From: Chrysomallon squamiferum
Lineage: Eukaryota > Animalia > Mollusca
DNA: 64,000 bases
Direction: 5' to 3'
Assembly: GCA_012295275.1 (NCBI GenBank)
Contig: CM022672.1
Location: forward strand, 34,410,001 to 34,474,000
Shown here one piece after another: positions 46,800-64,000 of this stretch (the first letter of the stretch is position 1; every line of letters starts with the position of its first letter). The notes below the pieces were generated by a model that was not told the DNA's origin, ran no database searches, and saw nothing but the letters and a program-made list of their open reading frames with translations. Position numbers and translations under genes: made by a program.

Positions 46800-47590
46800 C
46801 ACGTACGTTCAGTACCTAAGGTGAATAGTCCCCCAGGACAGCTCATTTTCAAGTGTGAGTTTCCCGTATTAGCCACTCTGAGGTGGGGGGGTCTCATCAC
46901 TCACCACGTGACTCACTGTCGCTGCATTTCAGGTACGAGTTGTTATTAAAATTATTTTTATTTATTTAAAATTCCTAGTAAGAGAATCCACAAAGTACGT
47001 ACAGACAATTCTGAAACCACCCTGCCTGTGTCGCTGATAATTTATTTACATTCATTCATTCATTCAGTCATTCATTTATTTATTCATTCATTCATATTTT
47101 TATTTTATTTTTATTTTTATTCATTTATTCATTCATTCATTCATTCATTTTTTATTTTATTTTCATTTGTATTCATTTATTTATTTATTTATTTTATTTA
47201 TTATTTTATTATTATTTCATTCGTTCATTATTTTTTTTATTTACTTATTTATTTTATTTATTTATTATTATTATTATTATAATATATAACATTACTACAA
47301 TTAATTCAAAAATACGATGAGCTATTAAATACAAACTCTAATTGAGTTCAAAATATTGCAAATAAAAATAAATTAATTTAAACTGCCAATCAGTTCAAGA
47401 ACAAGCCAAGTTAAAAGCCGATTTTGAATGCTTTTTGCTTTGTTTTTATTTCACAAAAATTCAAATAACCGGTGAGGAATAATTTATATAACTAAAATGT
47501 CTTTGTTCACAGTAAACGACACTTTAAGAAAAAAAAAAAAAATAAGAAACAATTAAACTAGATAGAGATATTTATTATTATTATTATTAG

Positions 47591-47626
<36 letters not shown>

Positions 47627-47752
47627 GATTGATGCTGTTAGGTTGATCTGTTAAGAATTTTTGGTTTTTTTTTTTTCTTTGTGTCATATATTTTGTATCT
47701 TTAAAAATATAATTTTTGATTTTTTTTTTATTCGGCTAGATTTACCTAGAGA

Positions 47753-47790
<38 letters not shown>

Positions 47791-47881
47791 AAAGATATAG
47801 AGAGATGGATGATTAGTAAGAGAAAGATATACTGATAAATCGAGAGAGAGAGAGAGAAAGAGATAGAAAGGAGGTAGGTAA

Positions 47882-47995
<114 letters not shown>

Positions 47996-49149
47996 GATGT
48001 ATGGTTCGCGATACACGTTTGGATAGATAGATTTAAATATAATAGAGTTTGAAGGGCTTTTGTACGTATAGAAAGAGATAAAGCGAGATACATGTAGTTA
48101 TTAATGTCTAAAGAGAAAAGAAAACATTTATAATAATAAAAGTGAGGAGTTTTCTGAAGTGTTTGGAAAACCTTAGCGGGACCAAGAATTATTAATAACA
48201 GCACATAATGATACTGAATTCAGAATCTTTTTAAAAAAGTGAAGTACAATGTTTCACTAACGTTCAGCAGTTGTCGTCTACGAAGATTGATTACAATTAG
48301 CCCGCCTTCTTCAACCGCTACAGTGGGTTTACCTTGTCGCTAAACAACGTCACGCAGTTGATGACGTATTAATTACGGAAAAAGCCGGAAACTATGAAAA
48401 ACTGTCGTTGAAAAGAGGCCTATGCTGGTTTTATATGGAATCATTGTTTTAAATATATTTGTGTTTCTACCTACGCCTTGTTAATTATAATTTAGTAAAC
48501 ACTTTAGCTGCAATAATAATGTATAATAAACTGTTCGCAAATTAGCTTTAAAGACTGTGCCAACTGAAATAATGTTTATCTCAGTTAACTGGATAAATGA
48601 TACAAAGTTATATCGACGTTGTAACGTTATAACTTAACGTATTTTTCAATCCTTATGAAACATAATATTTCTTCTTTTATTTAAAAAGAAAAGAAATCAC
48701 AAGAACCAATGAAAAAGTACGTTATGAATCATGAGTTCCCCCCCCATTTTTTTAATCCCTAGACATTTATCTGACGTTTGATAATCCTCTCGATAATCCG
48801 CTGTATAATCGTAAACCATCACGCTATTTACTGACCTTTCTTTTGACCTTTTGATAGCTGCCAACTATTAATTTAATTAAGTTCAAAGTTTATGTTTTAT
48901 GTCAGCTTAGCATGTAATTGTATATGAGTGTTCGTTACATATATACTAAGTAAAACAGTAAACATTCAAATTAAACATCGATAATATTCGCTGTAATTAA
49001 TTTAAAAAGTGAGTTTGTTTGTTGTTGTTGTTTATTTTTAGTTGTTATTATTTATTTTTTATTTTATTTTACTTTTTATTATTATTATTATTATTATTAT
49101 ATAAAAAGAAAAAAAATGGTAACAAGAGAATAACATCAAAAGAATAACA

Positions 49150-49197
<48 letters not shown>

Positions 49198-49329
49198 TAA
49201 AAATAAGAAAAGAAAACATCAAGGAAAAATAATAATAAATAAATAAATAAATAAATAAATTCTTGAGCCAAATCTAATCGAAATTCTATTAACTATAGTT
49301 CGTTACCACACGAAATAAATTAATTTTAA

Positions 49330-49409
<80 letters not shown>

Positions 49410-49567
49410 CTGAGACTAACTCATCGGTGCAGACAGGAATTACTGACAATTTACTCCACCCTCTTAATATTTTAATTTTTTCTCCCCCTGCTTTTCATCT
49501 TCAATACTTCTGGGATTATGATTTTAAAAAGTATTGCATAAAACTAACCATTAAAAAAATAATGACC

Positions 49568-49616
<49 letters not shown>

Positions 49617-49811
49617 AAACGGAAACTAGGACGAAACCATTTTGACCAGTGGGTAAGCTAGCTTTAAAGACTGTGCCAGGTGAAACAATGGTAGCGCCTG
49701 CACTGCGCCTCGTTTTCATAATTATTTTCTTCCTGGGTTTCAGTTTTGTTTCGCTCTTAATAGCTGGCATTATCTAGTGCAACAAGGAAGAAAATAAAGA
49801 ACGAAACCACC

Positions 49812-60749
<10,938 letters not shown>

Positions 60750-60767
<18 letters not shown>

Positions 60768-61200
60768 ACACCTGGAAACCACGTTTAAAACCTTTCTTTA
60801 ACTTAAACACCTAGAAACCATGTTTGAAACCTTTCTTTAACTTAAACACCTAGAAACCATGTTTGAAACCTTTCTTTAACTTACACACTCGAAACCATGT
60901 TAAAAACCTTTCTTAAAAAACACTAGAAACCACGTTAAAAACCTTTCTTTAACTTAAACACCTGGAAACCATGTTTGAAACCATTCTAAAAAAACAATAT
61001 AAATCAGGTTTAAAACCATTTTTAACTTAGATAATAGAAATCAGGTTTAAACTATTTTTAACTTAGACAATAGAAATCAGATTTAAAACCACTCTTTACT
61101 TAGACAATAGAAACCATGTTTAAAACCATTCTTAAAAAACAATAGAAATCAGGTTTAAAACCACTCTTAAAAAAACACTGGAAACCATGTTTAAACTATT
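60750..61200. repeat. ~38-39-bp minisatellite (about 12 copies) beginning in the last PPT2 codons and extending into the 3'UTR
   Basis: Unit AACCTTTCTT(T)AACTTAAACACCT(A/G)GAAACCA(T/C)GTTT(G/A)A, decaying distally. Confidence 0.92.
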
Positions 61201-61624
61201 TATTTACATTTGTTGCAATCTTGACTGTAAAACATGTTTAAAAACCTTTTTTTTTAGCTCTTTTTTTTCAAACAAGGGACATATAGGTGCTTTTTAAGGT
61301 CCAGAATTTTGTTTGATATAGAAGTGCTGATTGTAATTTCATTGTTCATAATTTGTAAATAATTCTGGTGCGTGTGTATATTTTGAAAAGCAAATAATAT
61401 TCTGAGCCTGCAAATGGAATTTACCTTTTCATAATGTCCAACCAGGTAACAGAAATTTGTAAAAAAATAAAAAATAAAAAATTAAAAAATAATGATAATA
61501 AAAAGAAATTGTTACGACAAATGAACAAGGATATAGTGAAACAGAGTTTACTAGTAATCTTTTATTTAAATCTGTAAAATTACTTGTTAGTGATTTCATG
61601 AAACCACATTTTGTGCTATAACAT

Positions 61625-61768
61625 AAATAACAATACTTCAGATATTTAATGACTATTTGAAATAGTCAGACAATTTAAATATAATTAATTTTATGCTGGG
61701 ACAGACAAACAGTACTTCAGATATTTAATGACTATTTGATATAGACAATTGAAATATAATTAATTTTC
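61625..61768. repeat. ~79-bp tandem duplication downstream of the PPT2 stop
   Basis: TACTTCAGATATTTAATGACTATTTGA...GACAATT.AAATATAATTAATTTT occurs twice. Confidence 0.8.
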
Positions 61769-63829
61769 TTTGTTTTCTGTTTTAACATTATACACATGGC
61801 GCACAAAATAGATTAATTTTCTCATATCTGTTAAGAAACCATGACAATATACATTTTATTGTGAACAGAGTTTGCATTTATAGACGACATACATTCTAGA
61901 TACCCATTTGTTTTTAGAGATACAGCAGTTAGCCAATATGTGTACTTGAACCCTAATTGTTGAAAATATATTCCCAGTCAAAAAACACATTTGTTATTCA
62001 TTTATTTATTTATTTATTTATGCTTTTACTGTTCTTTATTCATTGAAGTATTAATTTTCACAATTTTATCTGTCTCTCTCGAAATATACATATTTATAAT
62101 TTTGTTCCCCGTTATGTATAAATCTTTTTTCATTTTTTATACTGATTTGATACAGTTGTATTTACCTTTGTTACATAATAGTCACATTTACAAACATCAG
62201 TTTATTTATATAATATAATTAAATTTACTGTTGTTTCATATTCTTAGTTTATTTTGTTGTCATTAAAAAAAAAATAATAATAAATAACCACCATATTCTG
62301 TTTGTTACAAAAACCACTTTGTACCAAAGTTGATTTCTGCTGGTTTGGGGGGGGGAAACTGAGGCAGGGGAGGGAAAGGACATTGTTTTTTTTTTTTTTA
62401 TTAGATTTGTAATTGTGTGCTTCCATTAACAGAAGAAAAAAATGTCAGACACAAAGTTTGTACATAAATATTGTTATTATAGTAATTAATAATTCTGTTG
62501 TTAATGTGGTTGTTGTTTTTGTGGTTATTATTAGTAGTAGTAGTAGTAATTTAATTGTCTGGCTTCCCTAAACAAATATTTAGATATGTTAAAAATATGC
62601 TGTTGAATTTTATTTATTTATTTATATTTCTATTTTTTGTATTCCCTGATGTTTTAAAAACCTAAGGAGAACAATCAGTAACTGTTGATGTTATCTTGCA
62701 TTTGATTGGCTGTTCGATCCATCCAATGGCAACAACTGTAATATATTATCCTTGCATTTATCATTATAGACGATGATGAATAGAAACTTTGTTTAACAAT
62801 AAAAAAATAAGTAAAAACATTGTCTACTTTTCCGCAGTGCTTTCATAATGTACAGTCACATTTTTACAAAATGTTATTTTTTCTGTGATTATATGAATGT
62901 TGAGTTGTAATTTCTATGATGCTAAATAAAACAGATTCATAATAAAATGTTATTGTGTTCTTTCTTTTTTATTATTTTTTGTATTTTATATCTAAAGGCA
63001 AGTGGCTTAGAGTTTACTATAGTACTGATGGATGTAAATATAAACAAATAACTAGCAAACCGTTTATCAGCAAACTTAGGTCCACAAGAGGTTTGGATAT
63101 ATAACTTACAATATAAACTTCACATTGAATTATAAAGAACTAAAATCGTACTTAACAGATACAAATTAATTACTCAGATTTCTTAAAATATCTAAGAAAA
63201 AGCTCTTCTCATGCAAGTAGTATTTTTTTTTAATTGATTTTTATGACATGATAATAAATGAAAATGAGAGTAAAAATTTAAATAAATAATATCTTGTGAT
63301 AGGTGGTTTCAGTATCTGTATACAAAACAGATGAGATTCATTAACATTATCATTATCAATAACATTTTTATTATCATTATAATTATTATTATTATTATTA
63401 TTATTTTTATTATCATTATTATTTTTTTAATTATTTTTTTAATTGCTACTATTAACAACAATAATTTATTTTGATAAATAATGTTTATCAAGATAGGTAG
63501 ATAAAGAAATTTTTATATATTATCATTTTTTTTATTTTCTGTTTTAGAATTAAAAATTTGATTAGACATAACATTTACTCTTAAACATCAAGTTTAGTGT
63601 AGATGAAAATTATTTTTGCACAGTGACTGTGAACTTTCCTTTAGAGAAACTACAGTCACATAATTAAAACCAGATTTTAACAGGAATTCAAAGAAACATG
63701 CTTAGAAAATGTTAGATTTAATTTACAAGCCTATTTTCATCACATATAAAAAAGGATTTGATAACAGTACAAATTAGGCTTGTATTATTACAAAACATAA
63801 CTAATCTAGAGCTGCAAATATTTTATTGT

Positions 63830-64000
63830 TTACAGCATCCACTTGAGGTGCAGAAGATCCCCAGATCAATCCCTGTTCTCTCATATTCATTTCTTGTTTA
63901 AGATAGTGTTACACAACTGGTGTCACAAATGTTGTGGTATGTACTGTCCTGCATATAAAATATATCTGTGCTGTCTAGGGGATGGTGCAAGAAAAACATC
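63830..64000 (+). mobile_element. Decayed tRNA-derived SINE fragment, truncated by the window edge
   Basis: B-box-like AGATCAATCC followed by ACTGGTGTCACAAATGTTGTGGTATGTACTGTCCTG...GGGATGGTGCA. This resembles a gastropod SINE core I recall (GACTGGTGTAACAAAGGCCGTGGTATGTGCTATCCTGTCTGTGGGATGGTGCA); unverified. Confidence 0.6.

Overview
AT-rich, microsatellite-saturated animal genomic DNA, most likely molluscan or at least lophotrochozoan (inferred from the neuropeptide family and a SINE fragment). Almost every ORF in the supplied track is a simple-repeat artefact. Three genes can be supported. (1) A complete 9-coding-exon lysosomal thioesterase PPT2 gene on + (49812-60767; 288 aa; all GT-AG introns, frame-consistent). 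(2) A 116-aa neuropeptide precursor on + (44008-44358) ending in ...SKLFRYG-RSV, i.e. LFRYamide/LXRXamide type. Its probable promoter 3 kb upstream contains a perfect ERSE (CCAAT-N9-CCACG), a perfect DR4/paired-NBRE element and a second near-perfect ERSE. (3) A probable signal-peptide first coding exon on - (26795-26695), not in the ORF track, whose intron appears to run more than 26 kb off the left edge and is dotted with CpG-rich islands. Other notable structures are a ~630-bp foldback with perfect 69-bp inner arms, an orphan CCAAT-N11-TTACATT array, several minisatellites (one starting inside the PPT2 stop-codon region, one 2-kb higher-order array in PPT2 intron 4), a degenerate telomere-like tract and an apparent drop in CpG density over the PPT2 gene body. 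All family assignments are from memory; no database search was run.
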